Part shown: one piece after another, positions 28,924 through 38,537 of the stretch
How positions within the stretch are numbered: position 1 is the stretch's first letter
How the letters are laid out: every line of letters begins with the position of its first letter
Assembly (NCBI GenBank): GCA_964604875.1
Contig: CAZSAC010000001.1
Span: 30,730-94,729 of the forward strand
Reading direction: 5' to 3'
Origin: an uncultured Bacteroidaceae bacterium
GTDB lineage: Bacteria > Bacillota > Clostridia > Christensenellales > CAG-917
DNA length: 64,000 nucleotides
Translations under genes and position numbers: made by a program
Notes under the pieces: model-generated
What the model was told of the DNA's origin: nothing
Seen by the model: the letters and a program-made list of their open reading frames with translations, nothing else
Databases searched by the model: none

Positions 28924-30122
28924 TAGACCACCCCAAGGTTACACGAATAGATAACCAACATAATTAAAATAAAATACATAAACGCTGTGCCGCATAAAAC
29001 CGACAAAAGCAACGACATACTTTTGGAAACGCCTTGTAATAGGTTAGAAATTTTGTTATCTGACAACGGCTCGGCAATCGCTGCCGCCAGTTTTAATCCA
29101 AGCGAAAACATCGCCAGTTTTATAATCGGCGAAATAACAACAACCAAAACCAGCATAAGTCCCGCAACACCAACAGAGTTTTTCAATAAAATACAGCTTG
29201 CCATCACCAAATCAAAGCCGTCGGACAAATATCCTCCTAAAATCGGAACGTAGCTTCCTATTGCAAATTTAGTTGCGGTAATTCCAATTCCGTCAATAGT
29301 ACGCCCGGCGATACCTCTCATCGTCACAAGCATCATAAATACACTGAAAATTATACCTAAGCTCCATTCGGCAATACTTTTAAAAAAGGCTGAAAATTTG
29401 TTTAGCTTTACATTTTTTGATAGATTTCCAACCACCAAAAAAATGAGCGCGGCGATAAAGCAAGGAAGAATAAATTTAGATATTGCTTCAATGACAAAAC
29501 CCGTTGCGATAACCATAAGCGGCTGATATAACCCTACTCCCGTCGTTCCGCCTAAAGCCGCCAGTAATGTCAAAAATATTGGGAATAGCACGCTCATTAA
29601 GCTTTGCAAGCGGGATACGGTTTGCACGGTCAATTTTATGTAATTTGCAATAGTATTTAGAAGAATAATTACAATTATTGCGTAACAAACAAAGAAAATA
29701 ATTTCATTTGTGGACTTTGACAAAAAGCCCGAGTTTAAACCTGAAAGAATTCCATAAAGTAAAACTATAGCAACAATAGTAATAAGCGACGGCAAAAATC
29801 CAACAAAGCCCTGCGTAACCTTATCCAATATTAAGTCAAATATCGATTCGATGTTTCCCGCCTCTCCGTTGGATATCTTCAAAACCAAATCTTTAAGTTG
29901 GTCGGCGTTTAAAATAGATTTTTCCTCATCGGTTAATGACTTGAAAAATTCTTCCAACGCATTTGTATCCAAATTATCTAATTGTTCCTCGGTTTGCTTG
30001 TCCAATTCTTCCTCAACAGTTTTTTCGTCAGCCGCAAGTGTTATATTTTGTGGCGAAAAATATAATAATATGACGAATGTTATTATAAAAACTGCAAGAA
30101 CAATTAGGATTTTCTTTTTCAT
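28923..30122 (-). CDS. spoIIIAE: Stage III sporulation protein AE
   Basis: 399 aa; signal/TM, then a polytopic membrane domain typical of SpoIIIAE. Confidence 0.85.
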   Translation of the reverse strand: MKKKILIVLAVFIITFVILLYFSPQNITLAADEKTVEEELDKQTEEQLDNLDTNALEEFFKSLTDEEKSILNADQLKDLVLKISNGEAGNIESIFDLILDKVTQGFVGFLPSLITIVAIVLLYGILSGLNSGFLSKSTNEIIFFVCYAIIVIILLNTIANYIKLTVQTVSRLQSLMSVLFPIFLTLLAALGGTTGVGLYQPLMVIATGFVIEAISKFILPCFIAALIFLVVGNLSKNVKLNKFSAFFKSIAEWSLGIIFSVFMMLVTMRGIAGRTIDGIGITATKFAIGSYVPILGGYLSDGFDLVMASCILLKNSVGVAGLMLVLVVVISPIIKLAMFSLGLKLAAAIAEPLSDNKISNLLQGVSKSMSLLLSVLCGTAFMYFILIMLVIYSCNLGVV

Positions 30123-30505
30123 TTTACTAAATTTATAATTACGTCCATAAGCGTTGTCAAAATCGGTAGCGCCATTAAAAAAATAACGATTTTACCCGCC
30201 AGCTGAAGCTTTTTGCCTATACTTGCCGTACCGTAATCCTCGCATATGCCTGCTGAATACTCTGTTAAATATCCGATACCGATTATCTTCATCACCCCGG
30301 CAAACAGCTCGTCCGATATGGCACTTTTCTCAACAATTTCATAAAACGCGCCAACAACCTCGCCCAACGAATTTATCAGCATAACCAAAATTATGATACC
30401 GGTTGCCAAAACAACAAATATGGAATATTCGGGTTTTGCGCTTTTCATTAAACCCGTTATAATCGCCCCTAAAATTCCAATTCCGACAACCTTAAAAATT
30501 TCCAT
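30119..30505 (-). CDS. spoIIIAD: Stage III sporulation protein AD
   Basis: 128 aa, 4 TM; KIVGIGILGA start typical of SpoIIIAD. Confidence 0.85.
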   Translation of the reverse strand: MEIFKVVGIGILGAIITGLMKSAKPEYSIFVVLATGIIILVMLINSLGEVVGAFYEIVEKSAISDELFAGVMKIIGIGYLTEYSAGICEDYGTASIGKKLQLAGKIVIFLMALPILTTLMDVIINLVK

Positions 30506-30506
30506 A

Positions 30507-30704
30507 TTAATATAACCCGAAGATTTGTTTTACGGTATCAAAAAGTCCGCCGACCATTTCAAGCATCATTACAATGACCACGACGACGCCGGCAATGGTG
30601 ACAAAGGTGCTTATTTCCTCTTTATCACTTTTTTTCAATATAATGTTTACAACGGCAGTTAAAAGCCCGATTCCTGCAATTTTTAAAATAATATCAATTC
30701 CCAT
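30507..30704 (-). CDS. spoIIIAC: Stage III sporulation protein AC
   Basis: Start set at MGIDIILKIAGIG (matches the B. subtilis MGVDVNVIFQIAGVG start); 65 aa, 2 TM. Confidence 0.85.
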   Translation of the reverse strand: MGIDIILKIAGIGLLTAVVNIILKKSDKEEISTFVTIAGVVVVIVMMLEMVGGLFDTVKQIFGLY

Positions 30705-30705
30705 A

Positions 30706-31206
30706 TCACACCACAATAACCATTAATGCAACACCTAACAATACCGACAGTTTATAATACATTCCGCCTTTCTTTTCATAGTTGTCCGAAGCCGAGCTTT
30801 CCAGACTTTGAAAACGCATTTTGTTGTTTTGAATTATTTTTAGTTCTGCTTCTAAGTCATTTTTTCCAAGCGAGTACAAAAATTCTGCTATATTTTTTGT
30901 ATCCTGATTCGAAAGATATATATTTTTCAAATAGTTTTCGACCTCCGTTACGTTAATATATCCCGCCTGTAAACCGATTATGTATTTTTTTATCAACTCG
31001 TAAGGTAATCCTTTTTTGTTATTGCAAAAACTTTCCAAAACTTCCTTCAAGGGTGTTTTTAAAAAATTTACCTGCCTGTAAAGCGTGTCGCAAAGCTGTA
31101 CGAAAACAGAATAAGTTTCTAATCTTATTCGGTAAATTCGTTTTATTGCCAAGCCCGTATACGCGCTTGCAGCCATTAAAAGCGCGCCCGCAAAAATTGT
31201 TATCAT
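30706..31206 (-). CDS. spoIIIAB: Stage III sporulation protein AB
   Basis: 166 aa; N- and C-terminal TM helices around a helical GspF-like domain; operon position. Confidence 0.75.
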   Translation of the reverse strand: MITIFAGALLMAASAYTGLAIKRIYRIRLETYSVFVQLCDTLYRQVNFLKTPLKEVLESFCNNKKGLPYELIKKYIIGLQAGYINVTEVENYLKNIYLSNQDTKNIAEFLYSLGKNDLEAELKIIQNNKMRFQSLESSASDNYEKKGGMYYKLSVLLGVALMVIVV

Positions 31207-32144
31207 TTATCAATTACCCTCAAAACTTCTCCGACCTTTCGTTTTTTTGATAAAACAATTTTGACATCAAAAAGCTTTAAAAAGTTGGCAAAAATTGAAT
31301 TTTCCAGCTCTTTTTCGCTCTCTGCGTGTATTGATGCAAAAATTTTTACCCCGGCTCTGCATGCGTCAGCCAAAACCTCGGTTTCAGAAATTTTGTATAT
31401 TTCATCTGTCACAATAACGTCCGGATTCATTGCTCTTATTACGTTTTCATAAGCGATAAGTTTTGGAACTCCGCTAATTACGTCTGTATTTTCTCCGACT
31501 GAAAATGCCGCTATTCCTTTTACTGCTGCGGCAAGCTCATATCTTTCATCGACAATAAGCACATTTTTTCCTTTGTCGGAAATAACGCGGGATAATTCTC
31601 TAAGCAAGGTTGTCTTTCCCGCCGCGGGGGGAGATATAATGATTGTATTTTTAACCTCGCCGTCAACATAAATGCTATCAATTAAACCGTCGGCGCACCC
31701 AAAAACTTCGTCAGGCACCCTAATTGCCAAACAGGAGATATCCTTTTGTGTAGACAACTTCCCGTTATTCATAACTCCCTCTCCGCAAATCCCGATTCTA
31801 ATTCCCCCCTGACAATGAATAAACCCGCTTACCAAACTGTCGCTGATTGAATACACCGAATAACCGCTAGCAACCCCCAAAATATAATCTATGTCACTTC
31901 TGCTTACCTTCACGCTTGATGTTTGTCTATTAAGCAACATCCATTTCTGCCCGTCATATACTCTCATATAACGGCCGATTCTTAAACGTAATTCACAAAT
32001 TTTTAAACCTTCTAACTGCGCTTTCAATATGTCAGGAAGAAGATAATTTAGATTTTCCACACTTAATGCTATGAGCGTAAAAATACATAAATTCTTATTG
32101 GACAATTTATGCCAAAAAACGCACAAAATCGTATATTTTAACAC
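31203..32144 (-). CDS. spoIIIAA: Stage III sporulation protein AA (secretion-type ATPase); true start probably downstream (e.g. GTG at 32060)
   Basis: Walker A PPAAGKTTLLRE, Walker B IVTDEI; the first ~28 codons of the ORF begin at a GTG without SD and look non-native. Confidence 0.85.
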   Translation of the reverse strand: MLKYTILCVFWHKLSNKNLCIFTLIALSVENLNYLLPDILKAQLEGLKICELRLRIGRYMRVYDGQKWMLLNRQTSSVKVSRSDIDYILGVASGYSVYSISDSLVSGFIHCQGGIRIGICGEGVMNNGKLSTQKDISCLAIRVPDEVFGCADGLIDSIYVDGEVKNTIIISPPAAGKTTLLRELSRVISDKGKNVLIVDERYELAAAVKGIAAFSVGENTDVISGVPKLIAYENVIRAMNPDVIVTDEIYKISETEVLADACRAGVKIFASIHAESEKELENSIFANFLKLFDVKIVLSKKRKVGEVLRVIDK

Positions 32145-32162
32145 TTAAATATATTTATACTG

Positions 32163-32191
32163 TTTACAAGTTAATAGTTTTGTGATAAAAT
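32163..32191 (+). promoter_or_regulatory. Candidate sigma-A promoter for pepP-efp, positioned for a leaderless transcript
   Basis: TTTACA-17 nt-TAAAAT with TGn extension; the -10 ends 6 nt before the ATG at 32198; no SD. Confidence 0.45.
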
Positions 32192-32197
32192 ATTTTT

Positions 32198-33262
32198 ATG
32201 AAAAATTTTATAGAGATTTTTAATAAATTTAAAGGTGTTGACGCTGTAGTGTTAACTGCGCCGTCTAACACTTTCTATCTTGCGGAATATGAAAGCAGTT
32301 TTGCATACATCGTTTTATCCAAACAAGGCGGTTTTTATTTAACCGATACACGTTATATAGAAGAGGCTTCTGCAATCATAAACAACGGCGCGGAAGTATT
32401 GCCAATCACTTATAAAAACGCTTTTTCAACAATAAACGAAATATTAGACAAACTTGGCGCAAAAAATATCGGATTTGAAAATTTAAGTATGAGTTTTGAA
32501 ACTTATACAGGTCTTAAATCTGCCCTTATTGGAAAGAATTTAATCGGGATTGAGCAACAACTTTTGGCAATTCGTTCAATTAAAACTGCCGATGAGCTTA
32601 AACTTATAAAAAAAGCCGCCAAAATAAATGATAAATCCTTTGACCAGCTTTGCAAAAAGATTAGTCTTGGCGTGACGGAACGAGAGCTTGCCTATGAGTT
32701 GGAATATCTCTTCAGAAAAAACGGCGCAGATGGTACTGCATTTGAAACCATAGTGGCTTTTGGTGATAATACTTCAAAGCCGCACGCGCACGCAGGCGAC
32801 AAAAAGCTGACCGAAGAAACACCGATTACCATCGATTTTGGTTGCAAGCTTAATGGATACTGCAGCGATATTACACGAAATGCATTCTTTGGTTCGCCCA
32901 CACCCAAATATGTTGAAATTTATGAGGCAGTATTACAAGCTAATATGCGTGGTATAGACGCTATAATGCCCAATGTTGCCACAGCGGCAATTCATTCGGT
33001 ATGCCTAACCTCTTTGGCGGAACAAGGGCTAGATAAATACTTTATACACGGCACCGGGCACGGAGTTGGTATTGATATTCACGAGGCGCCAACACTTAAC
33101 GCTAACAGCGCCGAAATTTTAAAGCGGAATATGGTTGTCACGGTTGAACCCGGCGTATATATTCCCGGCTTTGGCGGAGTACGTATTGAGGATTTGATTA
33201 TTGTCACCTCTAAAGGTGCGGAAATAATCAGCCATACAGATAAAAAATTATTGATTTTGTAA
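32198..33262 (+). CDS. pepP: Xaa-Pro aminopeptidase / M24B peptidase (YqhT-like)
   Basis: 354 aa; creatinase-like N-domain, M24 metal ligands ([26 protein letters not shown]); precedes efp as in Bacillus. Confidence 0.85.
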   Translation: MKNFIEIFNKFKGVDAVVLTAPSNTFYLAEYESSFAYIVLSKQGGFYLTDTRYIEEASAIINNGAEVLPITYKNAFSTINEILDKLGAKNIGFENLSMSFETYTGLKSALIGKNLIGIEQQLLAIRSIKTADELKLIKKAAKINDKSFDQLCKKISLGVTERELAYELEYLFRKNGADGTAFETIVAFGDNTSKPHAHAGDKKLTEETPITIDFGCKLNGYCSDITRNAFFGSPTPKYVEIYEAVLQANMRGIDAIMPNVATAAIHSVCLTSLAEQGLDKYFIHGTGHGVGIDIHEAPTLNANSAEILKRNMVVTVEPGVYIPGFGGVRIEDLIIVTSKGAEIISHTDKKLLIL

Positions 33263-33278
33263 AACACAGGAGGTTTTT

Positions 33279-33842
33279 ATGGCATTTGTTACAGCGGGAG
33301 ATTTCCGAAAAGGGATTACCTTCCAAGACGGCACAAACGTATTTGTAATTACGGACTTTCAACACGTAAAGCCTGGTAAAGGCGCGGCGTTTGTACGCAC
33401 AAAAATTAAAAATGTTCTGACAGGTGGAGTGATTGAACGTACATTCAACCCTACGGATAAATTTGAACTTGCGCATATTGAGCGCAAAGAAATGCAATAT
33501 CTTTACAGCGATGGTGAGCTTTATTATTTTATGGACAACGAAACCTATGAGCAAATACCGCTTATGAAAGACACCGTCGAAGAGGCATTGAAGTTTGTCA
33601 AAGAGAATATGAGCGTTAATATCGCATTCTTCAACGGACAAGCAATTTCCGTGGAAGCGCCCAACTTTGTTGAGCTTGAAATCACATTCTGCGAGCCCGG
33701 CGTTAAAGGCGACACCGCAACCGGAGGTAGCAAACCTGCAACCTTAGAAACGGGCGTCGTAATACAAGTTCCTTTCTTTGTAAACCAAGGCGATACAATC
33801 CGTGTGGATACACGCTCGGGCGAGTATATGTCCAGAGTATAA
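33279..33842 (+). CDS. efp: Elongation factor P
   Basis: 187 aa; [16 protein letters not shown] loop with the modified-Lys region; SD aggagg. Confidence 0.96.
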   Translation: MAFVTAGDFRKGITFQDGTNVFVITDFQHVKPGKGAAFVRTKIKNVLTGGVIERTFNPTDKFELAHIERKEMQYLYSDGELYYFMDNETYEQIPLMKDTVEEALKFVKENMSVNIAFFNGQAISVEAPNFVELEITFCEPGVKGDTATGGSKPATLETGVVIQVPFFVNQGDTIRVDTRSGEYMSRV

Positions 33843-33853
33843 TTAAAAATTTT

Positions 33854-33879
33854 GGGCAGATAATCTCTGCCCTTTTTTT
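33854..33879 (+). terminator. Rho-independent terminator after efp
   Basis: gggcaga-taatc-tctgccc followed by ttttttt. Confidence 0.85.
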
Positions 33880-33883
33880 ATGT

Positions 33884-33912
33884 GAAAAAGCGCCGTCAAA
33901 ATTGACGGCGCT
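33884..33912 (-). terminator. Rho-independent terminator after the SGNH lipoprotein gene (convergent with the efp terminator)
   Basis: agcgccgtcaa-loop-ttgacggcgct with a U-run in minus-strand sense. Confidence 0.8.
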
Positions 33913-33944
33913 TTTGTATTGCTTTGTATTCTATTAGTTATTGA

Positions 33945-35807
33945 TTATGCCGCAACATATTCCGTATCTTGTTGAGCATAAACATATGTTTTGATAAATT
34001 CAATATTGGTTTTAATCATTTGATTACCACTACTGTTTTCATACATCGTCATAACAACAAACGGCGCGCCGTCCTTATTATGATGTTCTCCCACGTATAC
34101 GCCCTTATAGGTTTCCCCGTCATAGCCTTCAACGTCACGGATATAATATTTTCCGCTATATTTGATGCCCAAACCGTCAGGTAATACGAATCCTTGCGGC
34201 AGTGAAAAATTATTTGGGGCAGCCTCCAGCGCATTAACCAATTTTTGAATGTTTTCAGACTCAAAATCTAATCCTACAAGCTCTAGTCCCGTACTTCCGG
34301 GCAACAACCCAAGCGAAGCTTCTGCGTCATAAAGCGAAAATCCGGGGAACAATCCATTTACATATTGAGCCACAAACGCGGTTAAATCAACATTCTTAAC
34401 AAGAGAGTTTATATCAATGTTAAATTGTTTAAGCAAGGCGTTAATGCCATTCATATCCAATATAATCAGCAACTCCATAGTCCCGTCTGGTTTTAGTGTA
34501 ATGCCACTCTTAGACGCATCGATTAACCCAACAATAAGTCCGCCTAATCCACCCGGTATAAGCCCAACAGTTGTAGGTTTGACAAAATCATAGTGTACGG
34601 TTTCCTCAACAAAATAACCGCCAACAAACGGTTCGTCCTCACTTCTGTCCAAATAGCTTGGGGTAAGACCGCGTGTGCAACGGAAAAACAACTCCGTAAC
34701 CTCTTCTGTTGAACTAGCAGCGTTTATCATAACTTTGGCATACTCGGAAAACGTTTTATTGTCCTTTGAGAATAATTTATCCAGTTGCGCGGTACGCAGT
34801 TTTTTGTATTCTTGCGCGGCTGGTTGTTCGGATACAATACCTGCTTCCACCAATTTTTCTTGAATTAAGTCGGCAATGACTGCGTGACCTTCGTTGGAGG
34901 GGTGAATACCGTCAGAATAAATCAGTTGAGGACCTCTTGCAGAATCTGCGTCGGCTATCTCCTTAAAGCCTTTATAAACGTCAACAAAATGCACGTTCTC
35001 GTCTGTTGCCTTGTTTGCATTGTAATAATCCTCAATAACTTTGTTCATTTTAGGGATAATGATGTCGCCAACTGCGCGATATTCCTCGGGGGATACCGCA
35101 GGAGACAATTTCGACAACGATTGTCTTACTTCTGCGCCCATTAGAGGAGTCGGAGGATATATAGGATTATATACGCTTTGAATTATAATATCAGCAGTAG
35201 GATTCATAATGCGCAATAATTCCATAATTTTGCGGAATTTAACAACAGAATTTTTCAAGGTTCTGTCAATAAAAAATTCATTATCTTCTGCATAGTATGG
35301 CTTATTCGTTGCAGCCTCTAAAATTATCGTATTGAAAAATTCGCCCGCTTGAAGCAAATCGTTTCCGATGATAGAAATATGTATAATGTCCGCTTGCATA
35401 ATGTGAGTGGTTGTCAAAATTGCGCCGGGGTCTTTTGCGACCATATCCAACGTCATTTTTTCCTCGTCTGCAAGCCAATTATAATCGGTGGTATATTTAG
35501 AATTTGTTTCAGGATTTGTCAATAAACATAACATATCCCTCGTTTGATGTCCTGAAACCGAATGGTTATAAAACTTAAAATTATTTCTTTGCCCTATTGT
35601 GCCGTAATAGCCATAGTCCTCACGCTCGGACAGGGGCGCAACACCGATAATGGCTTCTGCGATACTATCTCCTAAAAAAACGATACTTTTTTGCTCTCCC
35701 GGAGTTTGTACCACATCGGGCTCGTCGTCTTTACAGGCGCTAAGCGTAAAAATGGCGCAAACAACCAACATCAAGCAAAGAAGAATTTTTAAAAACTTCC
35801 CTTTCAT
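33945..35807 (-). CDS. Lipoprotein with N-terminal SGNH/GDSL hydrolase domain and ~270-aa uncharacterised C-terminal region
   Basis: 620 aa; lipobox FTLSAC; block I IVFLGDSIAE, block V-like DGIHPSNEGH; no recognisable motif in the C-terminal part. Confidence 0.6.
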   Translation of the reverse strand: MKGKFLKILLCLMLVVCAIFTLSACKDDEPDVVQTPGEQKSIVFLGDSIAEAIIGVAPLSEREDYGYYGTIGQRNNFKFYNHSVSGHQTRDMLCLLTNPETNSKYTTDYNWLADEEKMTLDMVAKDPGAILTTTHIMQADIIHISIIGNDLLQAGEFFNTIILEAATNKPYYAEDNEFFIDRTLKNSVVKFRKIMELLRIMNPTADIIIQSVYNPIYPPTPLMGAEVRQSLSKLSPAVSPEEYRAVGDIIIPKMNKVIEDYYNANKATDENVHFVDVYKGFKEIADADSARGPQLIYSDGIHPSNEGHAVIADLIQEKLVEAGIVSEQPAAQEYKKLRTAQLDKLFSKDNKTFSEYAKVMINAASSTEEVTELFFRCTRGLTPSYLDRSEDEPFVGGYFVEETVHYDFVKPTTVGLIPGGLGGLIVGLIDASKSGITLKPDGTMELLIILDMNGINALLKQFNIDINSLVKNVDLTAFVAQYVNGLFPGFSLYDAEASLGLLPGSTGLELVGLDFESENIQKLVNALEAAPNNFSLPQGFVLPDGLGIKYSGKYYIRDVEGYDGETYKGVYVGEHHNKDGAPFVVMTMYENSSGNQMIKTNIEFIKTYVYAQQDTEYVAA

Positions 35808-35894
35808 AACTTCCTCCTAAACATATAATGTCTTAATTATATAATATGAATATTTGGTAGTCAAGAAAACCAAGTTTATAAAATAGTCAAATGT

Positions 35895-36755
35895 TTAAAA
35901 CTTTAGTCGAATTTTTTGAAAAGTATCCTTCATAAATTTAGCATCTTCGGCTTGCGTACCTGCCGATTCACAAATAATATAGGGGGACAAATTATATTTA
36001 TCCACAATTTCTGCAAACGGTTCAAATTCGGGTCCGAAAGCAGAATCTTCAAAGGTTAGATGTCGGATTTCACCCTTGTCTGAATATTGAATCTTGGAAA
36101 AATGGACGTGCATATTAGATGTTTTATCTATGCCTACACCGTTAACAAGTTCAATAATTATATTTTCAAAATCCTGAACAGTTTTTAAACCGCCACGGGT
36201 TCTGGCGTTAACGTGTCCAAAGTCAACGCAGGGATAAAAACTATCGTCGATATTGCAAAAACGGATTATTTCTTCCACCGTTCCTATTTGGGCAAGCTTA
36301 CCCATTGTCTCAGGGCATAATATAATATCTTCAAATTTTGCTTCTTTTTTTACAAGAGAAAATCTTTTAAGACGCTGCTCAATTAAAAAAACCGCTTCCT
36401 CTCGAGGCAATTTTCCTTCTGTTCCAACGTGAAATACGCACCGATTGCCCTCAAACCATTTAAGCGCAGTCATTGATTGCAACAAATATTTGAAACTGTT
36501 AATCTCGCCCTTATCTTGGTCGGGATTGGCAAAATTTATATAATAAGGCGCGTGAGCAGAAATTTCGATATTATTTTCTTTTCCTTCCTTTCCGATTGCC
36601 CTTGCAGAAACCTCTCCGATTGTGACGCCTCTGCCAAACGAATATTCAAACGCATCCAAACCTTTGTCTTTCAGCCATTTTGGGGTATCCTTTGTAGACA
36701 AAAAGCCATCTGCATAAAAGCTTTCTCCATTTCCTGACGGGCCAAATTTTATCAT
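35895..36755 (-). CDS. Xylose-isomerase-like TIM-barrel protein, endonuclease IV (AP endonuclease 2) family-like
   Basis: 286 aa; ISAHAPYYINFAN, CPETMG, VDFGHVNA and HVHFS resemble the Nfo metal-binding blocks. Confidence 0.55.
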   Translation of the reverse strand: MIKFGPSGNGESFYADGFLSTKDTPKWLKDKGLDAFEYSFGRGVTIGEVSARAIGKEGKENNIEISAHAPYYINFANPDQDKGEINSFKYLLQSMTALKWFEGNRCVFHVGTEGKLPREEAVFLIEQRLKRFSLVKKEAKFEDIILCPETMGKLAQIGTVEEIIRFCNIDDSFYPCVDFGHVNARTRGGLKTVQDFENIIIELVNGVGIDKTSNMHVHFSKIQYSDKGEIRHLTFEDSAFGPEFEPFAEIVDKYNLSPYIICESAGTQAEDAKFMKDTFQKIRLKF

Positions 36756-37660
36756 AACGTCCTCTTAATAAAAGCTGCAATTTGAATATCCTTCATAATT
36801 TGGTCATGAATATCCTGTTCGCTTTCAAATTTCACAATATCACGGATTTTTTTATAAAATCTAACCGTAATATCTTTTCCGTATAAATTGCCTTTATAGT
36901 TTTCCAAAAAGCTTTCCACCGTTAAGGTATAGTCGTCAAATGTCGGCTTAACGCCGATGTTTGTCAAACTATCATATATAAACCCGTCAACTTCCACCGT
37001 CGTTGCGTAAACGCCTTGGCTCATCTTGTGTTTTTCTTCAGAAACAAAAATGTTTGCTGTCGGAAAACCAAAAGCCCTGCCTCTGCCAAAACAATGAACC
37101 ACGTTGCCCTGAATGCGGTAAGCCCTCCCTAAAAGTTGATTGGCTTTGACAATATTACCGCTAGATAAATAATTTCTGATTGTAGTGCTGCTGATTTTTT
37201 CACCGTCTTCATCACGCAAATATTCCATATGTTTTACAACTGCGCCCTTGCTTGCGGCAAAGTAAGTCAGCATATTGATATTTCCCGCGCCCTTGTATCC
37301 AAAAGTAAAATCCTTTCCGCACACAACTGCAAGAATTTTAAAATTAGAAAATAGATTAACCAAAAAAGCCTCGGGCGAGGTTTGCGCGTATTCATAAGAC
37401 ATAGTTTTTGCAATAACGACGTCTATCCCTAGATTTTGCAAAATAGATACACGCTCGTCAAAGGTAAAAACCATACCCGTATCTTTGTTAAAAAACTTAA
37501 AAGGATTGTTTTTAAAAGTAAAAATCGCGCTCGAAACACCCAAAAACTCGGCGAGGTTTTTTGTCTCGTCAATAAGTCTTGCATGCCCTCTATGCACGCT
37601 GTCAAAGAAACCCAGCGCCAAAACTATAGGCTTATCATATCCGTTTTCAACAATTTTCAT
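36752..37660 (-). CDS. ribF: Bifunctional riboflavin kinase / FAD synthetase
   Basis: 302 aa; LGFFDSVHRGH nucleotidyltransferase motif, C-terminal riboflavin kinase (GFPTANI). Confidence 0.9.
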   Translation of the reverse strand: MKIVENGYDKPIVLALGFFDSVHRGHARLIDETKNLAEFLGVSSAIFTFKNNPFKFFNKDTGMVFTFDERVSILQNLGIDVVIAKTMSYEYAQTSPEAFLVNLFSNFKILAVVCGKDFTFGYKGAGNINMLTYFAASKGAVVKHMEYLRDEDGEKISSTTIRNYLSSGNIVKANQLLGRAYRIQGNVVHCFGRGRAFGFPTANIFVSEEKHKMSQGVYATTVEVDGFIYDSLTNIGVKPTFDDYTLTVESFLENYKGNLYGKDITVRFYKKIRDIVKFESEQDIHDQIMKDIQIAAFIKRTL

Positions 37661-37663
37661 TTG

Positions 37664-38536
37664 CTAGAACCTTACACAAACGTTTAATATTCCGTTTTCT
37701 GCTTTTGCCACGCCAAATAAGACATCTTTTAAATATACCGCATAACTACCGTCAGACAGATTGTTCAGCTTAAGCTTGACGCCGTTTATTAAGGGTTTTT
37801 CAAACTTTTCATCGACGTCATAACGTCGAAAATTTTCTAGGTATCGATTAACGCCGATAACATTTGAAAGCAAGTCAGTCTGCAAGTTATCAAAAGTAAC
37901 CGCATCATTTATAGAAAAAATACCCGCCTCTGTTCTTATTAGTGACGACATAAAACCGACCGTATTTAACGCGTACGCCATATCTCTGACGATACTTCTG
38001 ATATATGTTCCTGCTGAACACATAATATCAAAATTAAAGGTATTTTCATTTTTACCCAAAAATTTCATATTATAGATTTCAATCTCTCTGCCTTTAAGGT
38101 CAACGCTGATACCCTTTCTTGCCAAATCGTATGCTCTTGCTCCGTTTACTAGCTTTGCCGAATATTGCGGAGGAACTTGAGTATGCTTTCCGATAATATT
38201 GTTTAGCAAGTCCAAAACATCGTTTTCCGAGGGAATAATTTCCGACGTATTTGTCACACAGCCATAGCTGTCAAGCGTATCCGTCTCTTGCCCAAAGGAA
38301 AAGGCAGCCCGATATGTTTTTTTATCTTTAAAATTAAAGTCAAAAAGTTTTGTTGCTTTCCCTATCGCAATAGGAAGTACGCCGGCAGCTCCCGGGTCTA
38401 AAGTTCCAAAATGACCAACTTTTACTGCGCCATAATTTTTTTTCAGTATGCCTCTAACTATGACAACGGCATCGCTTGATGTCATATTTGTAGGTTTAAG
38501 CAAATTAATAAAGCCGTTTAAGTCTTCGTTTGGCAT
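37664..38536 (-). CDS. truB: tRNA pseudouridine(55) synthase
   Basis: 290 aa; catalytic block GHFGTLDPGAAGVLPI; truB-ribF pair. Confidence 0.92.
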   Translation of the reverse strand: MPNEDLNGFINLLKPTNMTSSDAVVIVRGILKKNYGAVKVGHFGTLDPGAAGVLPIAIGKATKLFDFNFKDKKTYRAAFSFGQETDTLDSYGCVTNTSEIIPSENDVLDLLNNIIGKHTQVPPQYSAKLVNGARAYDLARKGISVDLKGREIEIYNMKFLGKNENTFNFDIMCSAGTYIRSIVRDMAYALNTVGFMSSLIRTEAGIFSINDAVTFDNLQTDLLSNVIGVNRYLENFRRYDVDEKFEKPLINGVKLKLNNLSDGSYAVYLKDVLFGVAKAENGILNVCVRF

Positions 38537-38537
38537 A

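Noticed and set aside
33228-33641. 137-aa minus-strand ORF spanning the pepP-efp junction
   Set aside because: It is antisense to two well-supported conserved genes, has no SD, and its composition is atypical.
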